Shown: positions 49,700 through 60,031, numbered from the stretch's first letter. The stretch: DNA of 64,000 nt from Gemmatimonadales bacterium (GCA_965249575.1 OZ252244.1:288001-352000), one strand, 5' to 3'. Notes: generated by a model from the letters alone, not told the origin. Numbers and translations: made by a program.

Positions 49700-51046
49700 T
49701 CACCGTCTCGTGCTAACCCGTGCCGGTTTCGGGACCCCGTCCGGCCCGTTGTCCCAGTCTTGAGCCGACGAGACGTTCGGCATGCCCCACTGGTGGCCAT
49801 TCCAGCCATCAAATCCGTCCATGGTCAGTGCCCAAAAACCGGTCATCCCATCGGTCGCAACGATGAGGCCATCGGCGTTCCGAACGTCCACGCCCCAGTT
49901 TCCCTGATAGACGCCCCACGTGAAGTTGCCCCGGTCCCCCGGTCTCGCGTTGTGCGGACCGTCGAATGTGTCGAAGTAGCCCACCGTGTAGGGATTGGTC
50001 GGATCCATCATGTTGAACACATGGACACCGTCTTCGTACCCGGCCACGAACACATACGGCCAGCGAACTTCGTGGTTGTGCGCCAGGTTTTCCCAGTCAG
50101 CCGTCCACGCCCCGATAGGGCGTGAGACGTTCTTCCGCTCGCCTTCCAGCCCGGGCTTGAGATCGAAGATCCGGAGTGGTTGGTATTGATACTCCGTCTC
50201 ACCGATCGCATACCGCCCATCGGGCGTCGGCGTGAATGTGTGGCCCCAGTTCATCCCGGCGATCCCCGTGAGCGTGGTGAGGAGTACGGGCGCCTCGGGA
50301 GTGCTAACATCGAATACGTAATACCCGCCTCCACCCGCTCCGTAGAACTTGTCCTGCCTTGCCGCGGGATCGTAGCCCACGTAGAAATCGTGATAGCTCG
50401 TCGTGAGCGCGTTGGGCGTCTCGGGCACCGGGACGCCTGCGATCAGTCCGTACGTCGCATCTCCCGACAGAAACCTCCCCAGGTCGTACATCTTCGCCTG
50501 CCCGCCGGATGTAGCGAACAGAATGGCCCGGCTGTCGGAGTGCTTGTACGCGAAGATGTTGTGAAACCCTCCCGGAGCGTCGGGCGCCCGAATCCGTCCC
50601 GCCTCCCGAACTCGCGACGTGTCCGGCAGGCTCGTAACGTCAACAACGATCGCGCCAACGTCAGCATCCGGCCCGCTCCGACGGAATTGTGTTGACTGGA
50701 TGTAGTAGTATCGGCCACGAAGCTTGAAGTACTTGCCGTCGTAGCCTCCGCCTTGGTGGAGCTCCTGGTTTTCGATTCGCCACGAGTACGTGACCGTCGC
50801 CGCGGTCGGAGTAGCGAGGTCGATGACGTCGAACCCGATGGGGCTCGTGCGTCGGGAGACATAAGCGTACGGACGGGAAAGCTCCTGCTCGACCTCGACG
50901 TCCGCGACCGTGAACGCCGCCCCGAGTGGAAGATGGGCCTGGATGCGCAGGTTGGAACTGCCCTGATACCCCGGCGGATACTGGGAGAACGCAGGGCTCG
51001 CCAGCAGAACTGCGAGCGCGATCAAGAGCACGAAGCGCCGGTTCAT
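49700..51046 (-). CDS. Secreted LVIVD-type beta-propeller protein, paralogue 4
   Basis: Same family; signal MNRRFVLLIALAVLLASPAFS-Q. Confidence 0.85.
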   Translation of the reverse strand: MNRRFVLLIALAVLLASPAFSQYPPGYQGSSNLRIQAHLPLGAAFTVADVEVEQELSRPYAYVSRRTSPIGFDVIDLATPTAATVTYSWRIENQELHQGGGYDGKYFKLRGRYYYIQSTQFRRSGPDADVGAIVVDVTSLPDTSRVREAGRIRAPDAPGGFHNIFAYKHSDSRAILFATSGGQAKMYDLGRFLSGDATYGLIAGVPVPETPNALTTSYHDFYVGYDPAARQDKFYGAGGGGYYVFDVSTPEAPVLLTTLTGIAGMNWGHTFTPTPDGRYAIGETEYQYQPLRIFDLKPGLEGERKNVSRPIGAWTADWENLAHNHEVRWPYVFVAGYEDGVHVFNMMDPTNPYTVGYFDTFDGPHNARPGDRGNFTWGVYQGNWGVDVRNADGLIVATDGMTGFWALTMDGFDGWNGHQWGMPNVSSAQDWDNGPDGVPKPARVSTRR

Positions 51047-51129
51047 TTGATCTCCCAAATCAAAAAAACGTGAGCCGTGAGCGGGCCGCACCGCGCATCG
51101 GGATCTCCTTCCGTTGGTCTAAGGAATTC

Positions 51130-51175
51130 GGGCGAGGAGCGGCGCCAAGAAACGCTCCGGCGCCGCTCCCTGCCC
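51130..51175 (-). terminator. GC-rich stem-loop between paralogues 5 and 4
   Basis: GGAGCGGCGCC...GGCGCCGCTCC inverted repeat; no strong U-tract. Confidence 0.45.
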
Positions 51176-51257
51176 GCTCGAGGATTGGAACCCGCCTTCC
51201 GGCGCGGTGTTCCGACGACGGACGGTAACTAGAGGTCAGTCGGCCGAAACGGTTGGA

Positions 51258-52664
51258 CTAGCTAGTCCTCGGTACCACTCGCGCCCCGTACGGACCGTTC
51301 TCCCAATCCTGCTCACTGGAGATATTCGGCATGTCCCAGTCTTCGCCATTCCACCCATCGAACCCTTCCATCCGGAAGGCCCAGAAACCGGTGTTGTAGT
51401 CGGTCATGACGATCAGGCCATCGGCGTTTCGGACGTCGATATCGGCGGCGCCATTAAACACGCTGGTGCCGTGCGGGTTGCGGACTCCGCCCCATCCAGT
51501 CTGATGCTCGCACTCACAGGTGTAATACCAAGCCACCGTCTTCGGCTTCTTGGGATTGATCATGTTCACGACCTGGAGTCCGTCCTCGAATGAGGCGACG
51601 AACACGTATGGCCAGCGGACATCACTGACGTGCGATGCATCCTGCCAGTCCGCCGTCCACGCCCCGGTCGGGGATGGAATCAAGCCCTGCCGCTCGATGC
51701 CCGGGGCCACTTCGTAGAACATCAGGGGGAAGTACTGCCGCTCGATGTTCCCCACGGCGTAGCGCTGATCCGGGGTGGCAATCATCGTGTGGCCACTCGC
51801 AATGACCCCCGCGCCCGCCGTCATGGACGTGAGGTGCCGCGGTTCTTCCGGTGTCGTCACATCAAAGACGTGAAACCCACCCGTCCCCGCTCCGTAGAGC
51901 CTGTCCTGCCGCGTCGCTGGATCGAACGCGACGTAAGTGTCGTGGTAGCTCGCACCGCGAGTCGATCCATCCTGGGCCCGCACCTGCGTGATGCTCCCGG
52001 GTACCGGCACTCGCCCGATCCAGCCCTGGCTCGGGTCGCGGGCCAGGAATTTCTCCATGTCGTAGACGTTGGCGTGCGGCGCCTGAGGGGTCGTAAACAT
52101 CAGGACTCGGCCATCGGAGTGCTTGTACGGAAAGACATGCGTCACCCGTCGCTGGCCTTCCCCCTGAATGCGTCCCACTTCCTTGATCGTTGAGACATCC
52201 GGTAGCCCGGTGACGTCGAATACCACCGCGCCGAGATTGGGGTCAGGGCTCTCGGGACCGAACGCGACGGCCTTGACGTAGTAATACCGGCCCCGGGCCT
52301 TGAAGTACCGCCCGTTCTCACCCCCGTGACTCGAACCGACGCGTAGCTCGGGGTCGGGGTGACGCCACTCGTACAAGATCTTTGCGTCGGCGGGCTCCGA
52401 CAGGTCGATAATCGTAAAGCCTGCCTGATCGAGCATCCGAACCACGTACGCGTAGGGTCGTGAAAGCTCCGACTCGATCTCCAGTCCGCCTACGCGAAAG
52501 AAACCATTGAGCGGCACCCGTGACATCACTTCGATGCGTGAGCTTCCGCCGGTCTTTACGTCACTGAACTCAGGCACGAGCTGTGCGGACGCCACGGCAG
52601 CGGGTGTCACCACCAATGACATGGCAGCCAGAATCCAGCGCGGACATGTTGCTGGCTTGCTCAT
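51258..52664 (-). CDS. Secreted LVIVD-type beta-propeller protein, paralogue 5 (CxCxH subtype)
   Basis: Same family; YYTCECEHQTG; AGGAGG RBS upstream of ATG 52664. Confidence 0.85.
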   Translation of the reverse strand: MSKPATCPRWILAAMSLVVTPAAVASAQLVPEFSDVKTGGSSRIEVMSRVPLNGFFRVGGLEIESELSRPYAYVVRMLDQAGFTIIDLSEPADAKILYEWRHPDPELRVGSSHGGENGRYFKARGRYYYVKAVAFGPESPDPNLGAVVFDVTGLPDVSTIKEVGRIQGEGQRRVTHVFPYKHSDGRVLMFTTPQAPHANVYDMEKFLARDPSQGWIGRVPVPGSITQVRAQDGSTRGASYHDTYVAFDPATRQDRLYGAGTGGFHVFDVTTPEEPRHLTSMTAGAGVIASGHTMIATPDQRYAVGNIERQYFPLMFYEVAPGIERQGLIPSPTGAWTADWQDASHVSDVRWPYVFVASFEDGLQVVNMINPKKPKTVAWYYTCECEHQTGWGGVRNPHGTSVFNGAADIDVRNADGLIVMTDYNTGFWAFRMEGFDGWNGEDWDMPNISSEQDWENGPYGARVVPRTS

Positions 52665-52924
52665 CTGTCGCATCCTCCTGGACGGGTGTCGGCCTGAACC
52701 GCCGGCCACCGGGACGACCGCACCAGTGCGACGACCACTATTCGCCCGAATATGATCGGTGGTCGAACCTCCGCAAGGCCAGCCCAGGAACACAGGAGAA
52801 CAGGACTCGCGTGACGAGCCACTACGAATCCCTATGAATCGAGTATTGGTAGAGCCTGAAGAGGGGACGAGCGGCCCAACGAACGTCGGGCGGAGGAAAG
52901 AGTTGTCTGTCGGTGCGCCGTGAC

Positions 52925-52958
52925 GCCCGCCGGCCGGCCTGGAGTCCGGCCGGAGGGC
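52925..52958 (-). terminator. Stem-loop downstream of the pilin cluster
   Basis: CCGGCCGG-cctggagt-CCGGCCGG inverted repeat about 20 nt after the stop at 52977. Confidence 0.4.
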
Positions 52959-52976
52959 TGCCCGGGCAGCGCGCGA

Positions 52977-54775
52977 TCAGGACGGAGGCGTCAGCATTTG
53001 GTAGTACTGCGCCACGTCGAAGCCGACCGGATCCACTTCATAGTAGTGGCCACGCGCGAAATGGCCCGTGGTCGGGAAATAGGGGGCGGGTTGCTGAAGG
53101 CGCATTGATCGTAGGAATACCGTTACAGGTATCCGTACCCACTGCTCAGTCCCACCGGTCCCCGTTCCTTCTGAATAATGCCACCCGTGAGGAACAGGCA
53201 CCCGCGGCCCCAATTCGTGGGTCCGCAGTCCTGAGCGCTGTTCGAGCCGAGCCAGAAGTTCTCGACCCAGAAGTAGCGAAGCGCCAGCACGACCCCCTGA
53301 AAGAACTCATCGGAGGTATCGTCATACGTGCGGTACCCAGCAGTTCCTGAGGTCGACCGCGACGGAGGGTTGAGGGTGTTGTCCGCCACGACGACGTCGA
53401 TCCCAGAGAACACGCCCATGATGTCCTGGCAGGTTCCGCTCGACGGGTCGGTAACGTAGGTGATGTCGTCCGGGAAAATGATGTTGCCGGTCCCGGCGAC
53501 AGTGACCTGGCCGCGGAGGCGGCCACTGATCGCCGCCTTGCCGTCAATGTAGATCACGCCCTTGAAGTTGGGATTGAACTGCCGGTTGATGGGGAACAGG
53601 TAGGCGGCGTCCCCGATGGCCGCGCGAGCGTTGCTGACCAGCGGATCCACGACGCCCGGCCACAGCAGCCACTGCCCGCGTCCGTCGTTGGCGATGAAGG
53701 CGCCATTGGGATTGGCGGCGTCCGAGTTGAGCGTGTCGTTGCCGCCCAAGAAACACCGGGCCGGTTCGACGGTGCCAACGAAGGCTTCATACGCGTGTAT
53801 CAATCCCAACGATCCGACATGGGTGGTTGGCGCACGGCCGGGTAACTACGGGAAACCGGGGGCTCAGAGATTCGCGTCACTGCGGCCACATGACCGGTGT
53901 GAAACCACCCGAACTACTTCAGGTCCGCGAACGACCACAACAATACCGGATCCCAACGGCGATCATAACAGAGCAGCCGTTACGACCAACAACTTCCCGT
54001 CGCCGTCGATGTCCACGGGCATGAATTCGATGCGCAGCGTCGCTTCACCCGCGTTGCCCGCGCCGAGACTTCCCACGAACGCCGTTCCACCCGCTTGAGC
54101 CTGCTTCTTGAGCTTCAGCAGGTCCGCGGTCTGCGGCATGCCGATGTAGGGACCGTTCTCCGTATACCCCTGCGCGAAGGTACCGTACTGTTTTCCCTGA
54201 ATGGTCTTCGCGGTCGTGACCGGCCCGAAGAAGCTCGCCCCGGACGAGTAGATCTTCAGGTAGTCGTTGGTGTGCACGGGCCCGAAGATGGCATCGCCGC
54301 CGCCGAAGGAGATGTTGGACGGCTCGACGTCGGTGAAGTAGGCGTATTTCGCAAAGCTCTCCTGAACGACCTCACCACGACGGATGATCCGGTTCCCCGC
54401 TTGGTCCTCCACGACGCTCCCGAAAACGCCATACTGCCCGGACGTAATGCCTGTGGGCCCGACGTACAGCGAACGCAGAACGCCCGGAATGACGACACCG
54501 CTGGCGTCCTTGACCGGGGCGCCGCTCTCGAGCGCCGCGTAGAGCGATTCGGGGTAGAGGGCGGCGTTACCGTTGATCACCGATCGGGCTTCCTCGAGGC
54601 CGGCGTCGGCCGCGACTACCAAAACGCTCTGGCGCTTGGCATAGGCGTTGATGAGCGTCGTGTTCGAGCTCACCAACGCCGCCCCAGCTGAAATCACCGC
54701 CACCACGAGCGCCACAAGCAGCACGGTGACGAGCGCGATGCCCCGTTCGTTCTCAATTCGATTGACTGTTCTCAT
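52977..54775 (-). pseudogene. PilX-like minor pilin/adhesin, disrupted by an internal inversion, frameshifts and a premature stop
   Basis: N-terminal ERGIALVTVLL..AADAGLEEA. Fragments 53963-54775, 53123-53809 and 52977-53213 plus the inverted segment 53764-53993 reassemble into one protein. Confidence 0.75.
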
Positions 54776-54792
54776 CGTATCCTCCTACGCGC

Positions 54793-55965
54793 TCACGGAA
54801 TGGTGAGTGGCCCAGCCGTCGCGAGCTGCGACTCAAGCGGGGTGCAGTCTTGCGCTGCGAGCGCGTACATGTACGTGTCGCCGGGTGTCACGACCTGGTC
54901 GGTATACGAGTATGCGGCAACCCCGGCGGGAATGCTCACATACGGATCGCCCCAGTTGAGATCGGCCTGCAGGCGGCGCCAGATCACATATCGGATCACG
55001 TCCTTCTCGCCACCGGTCTCGTCGGTCGCCGGATTCCACGCCAGGGCCACAGCGGGCGCACCGCCGGGAAGAGTGATCACCCCCGCGACGAGCGCGGCGC
55101 CCAGTATCGGCTCGTCGCCGCACGTGCTCCGGCTGGCCAGTCCAGCGTTCGGCATCCGGACCAGTCGCGTAATGGCACGCGTCCGCTCATCGGCCCCGGT
55201 GCGGCCGTTGGTCGCCGTGAAGTTGACCCGAACACCCCGTAGGCTATCGATGCGGGCATTGATCGCAGTATCACCGGGGGAGAGGTGAACGGGTACCCGA
55301 TGCGCGAGTGGGAGCCAGCCTGCCGGAACTGGCTGAATCCCCAGCGGAGCCGCAAAGGGCGCCACGAGCCGGAAGTACTCGAAGAACGGCAAACCAGAAG
55401 TCTGCAGCAGGTTGCGTGACACGACCTCGGGCTTCAGGTGGTTGATCTGACGAAACAGAACGTAGTCGTCCGTTCGGGCGGTCGAGGTGTCCGGATCGAA
55501 GAAGAACGTGATCGTTTCCGCACGGCTGTTCGTACCGCCGAAGCCCAGATACGTCGTGTCTGGATAGGCGAACGCCGTGCCGGTAAGCACCGCCCGCTCT
55601 CCCTGGGTCAACGCGGTCACGCTGCCGAGCGGCGCATCGGGATCGAAGTAGGTGGCGAACGGATCGTTAGCCACGTTCGTGGTGTAGTCGGCGTTGAACG
55701 CGAGGGCCGCCGCGCCCGCATAAACCAGAAATGGCTGATTGTCGGGGACGCCCGAGCCAACCGTGCGAAGATCCTTTCCGAGCGTGTTGGCCGCATAGCG
55801 CATGTTCTGCAATATCGCGGCGCGGTCGGTACCCATCGCGTAACCGCGCGATTGCGAGCGCAGGAAGCTCAGGGCGCCCGCCATGACCATGCCAAAGATC
55901 GTCAGCGCCAGGAGCATCTCGATCAACGTCATGCCGCGCTTGGCGGCGAGCTGTTTTTGGTTCAC
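54793..55965 (-). CDS. PilW-like prepilin with C-terminal FN3-like domain
   Basis: KRG-MTLIEMLLAL class III signal; LAWNPA...YVIWR...YTD...YMYAL. Confidence 0.85.
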   Translation of the reverse strand: MNQKQLAAKRGMTLIEMLLALTIFGMVMAGALSFLRSQSRGYAMGTDRAAILQNMRYAANTLGKDLRTVGSGVPDNQPFLVYAGAAALAFNADYTTNVANDPFATYFDPDAPLGSVTALTQGERAVLTGTAFAYPDTTYLGFGGTNSRAETITFFFDPDTSTARTDDYVLFRQINHLKPEVVSRNLLQTSGLPFFEYFRLVAPFAAPLGIQPVPAGWLPLAHRVPVHLSPGDTAINARIDSLRGVRVNFTATNGRTGADERTRAITRLVRMPNAGLASRSTCGDEPILGAALVAGVITLPGGAPAVALAWNPATDETGGEKDVIRYVIWRRLQADLNWGDPYVSIPAGVAAYSYTDQVVTPGDTYMYALAAQDCTPLESQLATAGPLTIP

Positions 55966-56363
55966 GGTGCCGCCACGGTGACGCTCCGCGAGACCGGATT
56001 GCTCAGCCCGGGCCCGTTGATCGTCACCTGAATGAGTTTGTGGTCCGTGGCCTGACCAAGCCCACCGACGCGCGAGATGTCGGTCAGGCGCGTGTATCCT
56101 GTAAGCGTGGGCAAGTTTGATTCCGTGCCGACATAGACTGTATCGAGCCCACCGTAGTTGGGATCCATCTGGATCTGCTCGATGCGATCTTCGGCTAACT
56201 GAATCGCTGCCGTCTCTCGGTCGCTGATGGAGACCACGCGCATGAAATTGCCCGTCGCGGAGGTGATCCCCATGATGACGACCGTGAGGATCACGAGCGC
56301 CAGCACGACCTCGAGGATCGTGAATCCCCGCTGATCCTTCGGCGGAGGTAGTCGTGGTTTCAT
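55962..56363 (-). CDS. PilV-like prepilin
   Basis: QRG-FTILEVVLAL class III signal; ATG 1 nt after the upstream stop. Confidence 0.85.
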   Translation of the reverse strand: MKPRLPPPKDQRGFTILEVVLALVILTVVIMGITSATGNFMRVVSISDRETAAIQLAEDRIEQIQMDPNYGGLDTVYVGTESNLPTLTGYTRLTDISRVGGLGQATDHKLIQVTINGPGLSNPVSRSVTVAAP

Positions 56364-56364
56364 C

Positions 56365-57141
56365 TCAAAAGCCCCTCGTCCAGTTCGGCGACGTGTAGCG
56401 GTACCAGGTCGCCCGCCCCGTCGCCCGTTCGATCTCAATGGCGCGGGCATCGGTCGGCCGCGTGCCGGAATCGGCGGCGCGGCGGGAGGTGAGGTAGAAC
56501 CCTCCTTCTTCGCTCGCACTTCCGCTCCGGCGGAAGATCAACGCCGGCAGGCCGCCGACGGTCTTCGCGAAGTTGATGGCTCCGGAGCCCATCGGCCGGG
56601 CCGGGGCCGTGGACCGGCCGAAGACGACCTTGTCCCCGAGCGGCACCGACCGAACCCGCTCGGTCCCACCGAGTTGTCCGTCGTTGTTCGCGTCTTCGTG
56701 CATGCGAATCGCGGCATTTGGCCACGTCGAAAGTAAGGATGACGTCGTGCTGTCTCGTCACAGCCAACGCGTTGGGCCGCGAGCAGCGTCGTGCCGACGC
56801 CCTGCATGGCCGGTTTCGGCCTGGTACCGCGCGATGTCGATCCTCGGGAGGGATATCGCCGGAACCCTGCGGTAGACTTGGTCGGAAGAAAACGTGGTAC
56901 CATCATGGGCGACGAGACCGATGATCGCCATCACGATCACGAGCTCGACGAGCGTGTTGGGTACGCGATCCTTCGAGAGACGGCTGGGCTACCGGGGGCA
57001 GCGCAGATGTTATCGTGTGACCAGAAACCCAGGGCCTCGTCGGCGGGCCCGGGAGCCGAGTCAATGATGGCTCATCCCGCCGGCAAAGAGGCTGTCCGAG
57101 AAAGGCAAACCATGGGCGACTATGGGACGCAAAGCCACGGG
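56365..57141 (-). pseudogene. FimT/GspH-like prepilin, disrupted
   Basis: TLVELVIVMAIIGLVA..AISLPR, AVTRQHDVILTFD, HEDANNDG, LIFRRSGSA, IERATGR spread over several frames; 48-nt insert; leader apparently inverted. Confidence 0.7.
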
Positions 57142-57325
57142 TCTCTTCTTTTGAGAATACCCGCGGTGATCGGAGACACAAGGGGGGGACGGCCCCGTCT
57201 GGGCCTGAACTCACGATGCAGGGCCAATTTACACGGTGGTACCACGCCGCGAAGCGCCCCGCATCACGACGGGCGTGTGACGTGCCGCACATGCCCGCGG
57301 GACGACGCCGATCGGCCGGATCGCG

Positions 57326-58663
57326 CTACAACAGCCCGATTCCGCCCAGCAGGATGAGCGTCACCGCAGCCGGGATGAGGAACTTCACGAACGGTTTCCA
57401 CAGCACCGACACCTTGACCAGGCCAGCGCCCACGTTCGTTTCCTGCTGGAACTTGTCGAATCCCCACACGATGGACGTGTAGAGCGCCAGCGCCAGCGCG
57501 CCGGCCGGAAGCGCGTAGCTGCCCGAGATGGTGTCGATCAGCACGAAGAGATCCATCCCGGCCACTTGGATGTGGGACCAAGGACCCTGTGAGAGGACGA
57601 TCGGAATGGACGCAACCCCGAGTCCGCCGAGTATCGTCCACACGGCCCGCCGCCGGGTCCATCCGACGAGGTCGATCAACGTTCCGACTAAGACCTCGAG
57701 CAGGGCGACGGCCGAGGTGACGCCGGCCAGCATGAGCAGAAGGAAGAACAGGCTCCCAACCCACTGTCCAGCCGGCATCTGATCGAACAGGTTCGTCATG
57801 GTCACGAACACGAGGCCCGCGCCCGAGTCCGGCTCGAGACCGAACGCGAAGATCGCCGGGAAAATGACGAACCCCGCCAGCAGCGCCGCCGTCACATCGA
57901 ACGCGACGACGATGGCCGCGTTACCCGGCACGTCGCTGTCGGTGGAGAGATAGCTCCCGAAGCCAAATGCGGCGGCCATCCCAATACCGATCGAGAAAAA
58001 CGATTGGCCGAGGGCGGTCAGGATCACTGCGCCGTCGACCTTAGAGAAATCGGGGTACAGGTACCATACCAGACCCTCGGCGGATCCCGGGAGGGAAACC
58101 GACCGGATCGCGAGCGCGATCAAGAGCACGAACAGGAGCGGCATCAGCACCTTGGCGACGCGCTCGACACCCTTTTGCACACCCCCGCTGACGATCAACC
58201 CCGACATGATGAATATCGGGATGCAATACAGGAACACCTGGCCCGAGTCGGCGACGAAACCGGTGAACGCTGCATCGAACGATTCCACGCCCCGGAACTG
58301 CCCTAGAGCGGTCTTGACGAAGTACGCCAGGACCCAACCAATCAGCATCATGTAGTAGGACATGATCAGGACCGCAGCCGCGAGCCCGAACCAGGCAATC
58401 AGATTCCACCCACTCGTCCTCCCCCCCGTCAGCTTGAACATTCCGGCGATCGGCGTGAGCCCAGCCTTCCTTCCGAGGCTGATCTCGGCCGAGAGGAGCG
58501 GAATACCAATCAAGATGCTGCAAGCCAGATACACGACGAGAAACGCGCCTCCGCCGTTGCTTCCGACGACATAGGAAAACCGCCAGACATTGCCGAGCCC
58601 CACAGCGAAACCTGCGGTCGCCATAATGAACCCGAACCGACTGCCCCACTTCTCTCGCGTCAT
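57326..58663 (-). CDS. Sodium-dependent transporter, NSS/SNF family
   Basis: REKWGSRFGF, AVGLGNVWRF, NGGGAF, GQSFFS, GAGLVF. Confidence 0.94.
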   Translation of the reverse strand: MTREKWGSRFGFIMATAGFAVGLGNVWRFSYVVGSNGGGAFLVVYLACSILIGIPLLSAEISLGRKAGLTPIAGMFKLTGGRTSGWNLIAWFGLAAAVLIMSYYMMLIGWVLAYFVKTALGQFRGVESFDAAFTGFVADSGQVFLYCIPIFIMSGLIVSGGVQKGVERVAKVLMPLLFVLLIALAIRSVSLPGSAEGLVWYLYPDFSKVDGAVILTALGQSFFSIGIGMAAAFGFGSYLSTDSDVPGNAAIVVAFDVTAALLAGFVIFPAIFAFGLEPDSGAGLVFVTMTNLFDQMPAGQWVGSLFFLLLMLAGVTSAVALLEVLVGTLIDLVGWTRRRAVWTILGGLGVASIPIVLSQGPWSHIQVAGMDLFVLIDTISGSYALPAGALALALYTSIVWGFDKFQQETNVGAGLVKVSVLWKPFVKFLIPAAVTLILLGGIGLL

Positions 58664-58801
58664 CTGGGCATCCCTTTAATCGAGTGTCTTGGAAGTGCTG
58701 AGCGTTCCCTCGTGCGGCTCGCGAGCCCGCCAATACTGACACCTGGCCGCTGGGGTTGCAACCATCCACGCGCTCGGGTGCACCGGTGCAGAGTGTCTAG
58801 A

Positions 58802-60031
58802 TCACTCGACAATCGCGTCGAGCACGAGGCTGATGAAGTCGTCGAGCACGCGATTCTGCAACCACCGAACGACGATGACAAGTTCGTGTTCCGGATCGAC
58901 CCAGATGGCGTGCACGGCATCGCCCACCCCGCCGGCATGGAAGTAACTCGTTTCCGGCGCACTCGGGAGTCGCTCCCGATCGGTGTTCAGCATGAAGTTC
59001 ATGTACCCGTATGTCACATTGGCGGAGCCCGGAGTGGTCACGCGCTGAAGCCACTCTTCGGAAAAGACTCTGTGGCCGCGCCAGAGTCCCCGGCGAAGGC
59101 ATAGCAAGCCGAACCGGGCGTGATCCAGGGAGTGGATCCACATCCCTCCTCCCCAGTGCCCACCACCGGCGACGGATTGCATCTCCAGGCCGTCGATCGT
59201 CACCCACGAATTACGATACCCATGCCAGCGCCAGGTGGTCGACGCGCCGATGGGATCCATCACGTGCTCCTTCAACACCTGCGGGAGTGGCCGCCGCCAA
59301 ACATGGAGCGCCGCGAGTGCCAGCAGGTTGACGCGAACGTCGTTGTACTTGAAGTAGGTGCCGGGTTCGCGCATCTCCCGCCGGTGGTGGTCCCACTTGT
59401 CCCCTAGCGGGCGGTCGGCCCAGTCAGGTTTGTCCCACAACACCCCAGACCAGTCCGAAGTCTGGTTGAGCAGGTGATGCCAGGTGATTCTCGAGTTGTG
59501 ATCGGAGTCAAAGCTGCCGTCGTGGACGTAGTCACCGACTGGATCGTGCACATCGCGGATGAGACCTCCGTCCACTGCGATCCCGACCATCGTCGACAGG
59601 TAGCTCTTGGTCGCACTGAATGTCATGTCCACGCGATTCAGGTCGCCCCACTCAGCCACCACGTATCCGTTCCGGACGAGCACTCCGTTGACTCCGCCGA
59701 CCCGCGGCCGGGTGGGACCTACGATTTCGTTGTGCGGCTCCCCCGCGATGTCCGCATAAATACTGACTTCCATATCGTGGGGAGTCTGGCTCTCGTGGGA
59801 CGTCGCGAACGCGACAGCCGCCGCTAGCGCCGCGGAGTCCAACCCGACGTCCTCGGCTCGACGTCGCTCCCAGTCGCCGTGAGGCCCCGGATAGTAGACC
59901 GCCTGCTCGGAGGCGCGTTGCGTCGTCACCTCACGCCATTCTGGAGTCTCGGCGCTCAGTGCGTGCCCGCTCGTACCGAGGGCTAGCAGGAGCGACAGTG
60001 CCCGGCGAATCGACTCGGCCTTCCGCTGCAT
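58802..60031 (-). CDS. Secreted serine hydrolase, beta-lactamase/AmpC-like family
   Basis: Signal peptide, FSATKS (SxxK), HLLNQTS, PGTYFKYND, ARFGLL. Confidence 0.9.
   Translation of the reverse strand: MQRKAESIRRALSLLLALGTSGHALSAETPEWREVTTQRASEQAVYYPGPHGDWERRRAEDVGLDSAALAAAVAFATSHESQTPHDMEVSIYADIAGEPHNEIVGPTRPRVGGVNGVLVRNGYVVAEWGDLNRVDMTFSATKSYLSTMVGIAVDGGLIRDVHDPVGDYVHDGSFDSDHNSRITWHHLLNQTSDWSGVLWDKPDWADRPLGDKWDHHRREMREPGTYFKYNDVRVNLLALAALHVWRRPLPQVLKEHVMDPIGASTTWRWHGYRNSWVTIDGLEMQSVAGGGHWGGGMWIHSLDHARFGLLCLRRGLWRGHRVFSEEWLQRVTTPGSANVTYGYMNFMLNTDRERLPSAPETSYFHAGGVGDAVHAIWVDPEHELVIVVRWLQNRVLDDFISLVLDAIVE

Noticed and set aside
49420..49700. Possible riboswitch or ncRNA in the 280-nt gap between paralogues 4 and 3
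   Set aside because: Only weak hairpins and no Rfam-type motif I can recognise; an Infernal search would be needed.
45029..52664. Recurring DNA similarity resembling a repeat array or CRISPR
   Set aside because: Explained by paralogous coding sequence; no short direct repeats with unique spacers and no cas genes.
53120..53128. In-frame TAA in the PilX-like gene as a recoding or readthrough site
   Set aside because: Context GYL*RYSYD fits a point change from Lys, in a region with many other lesions.
58802..60031. Calling it a true beta-lactamase resistance gene
   Set aside because: Only the general SxxK/YxD serine-hydrolase motifs are visible; the substrate cannot be inferred.
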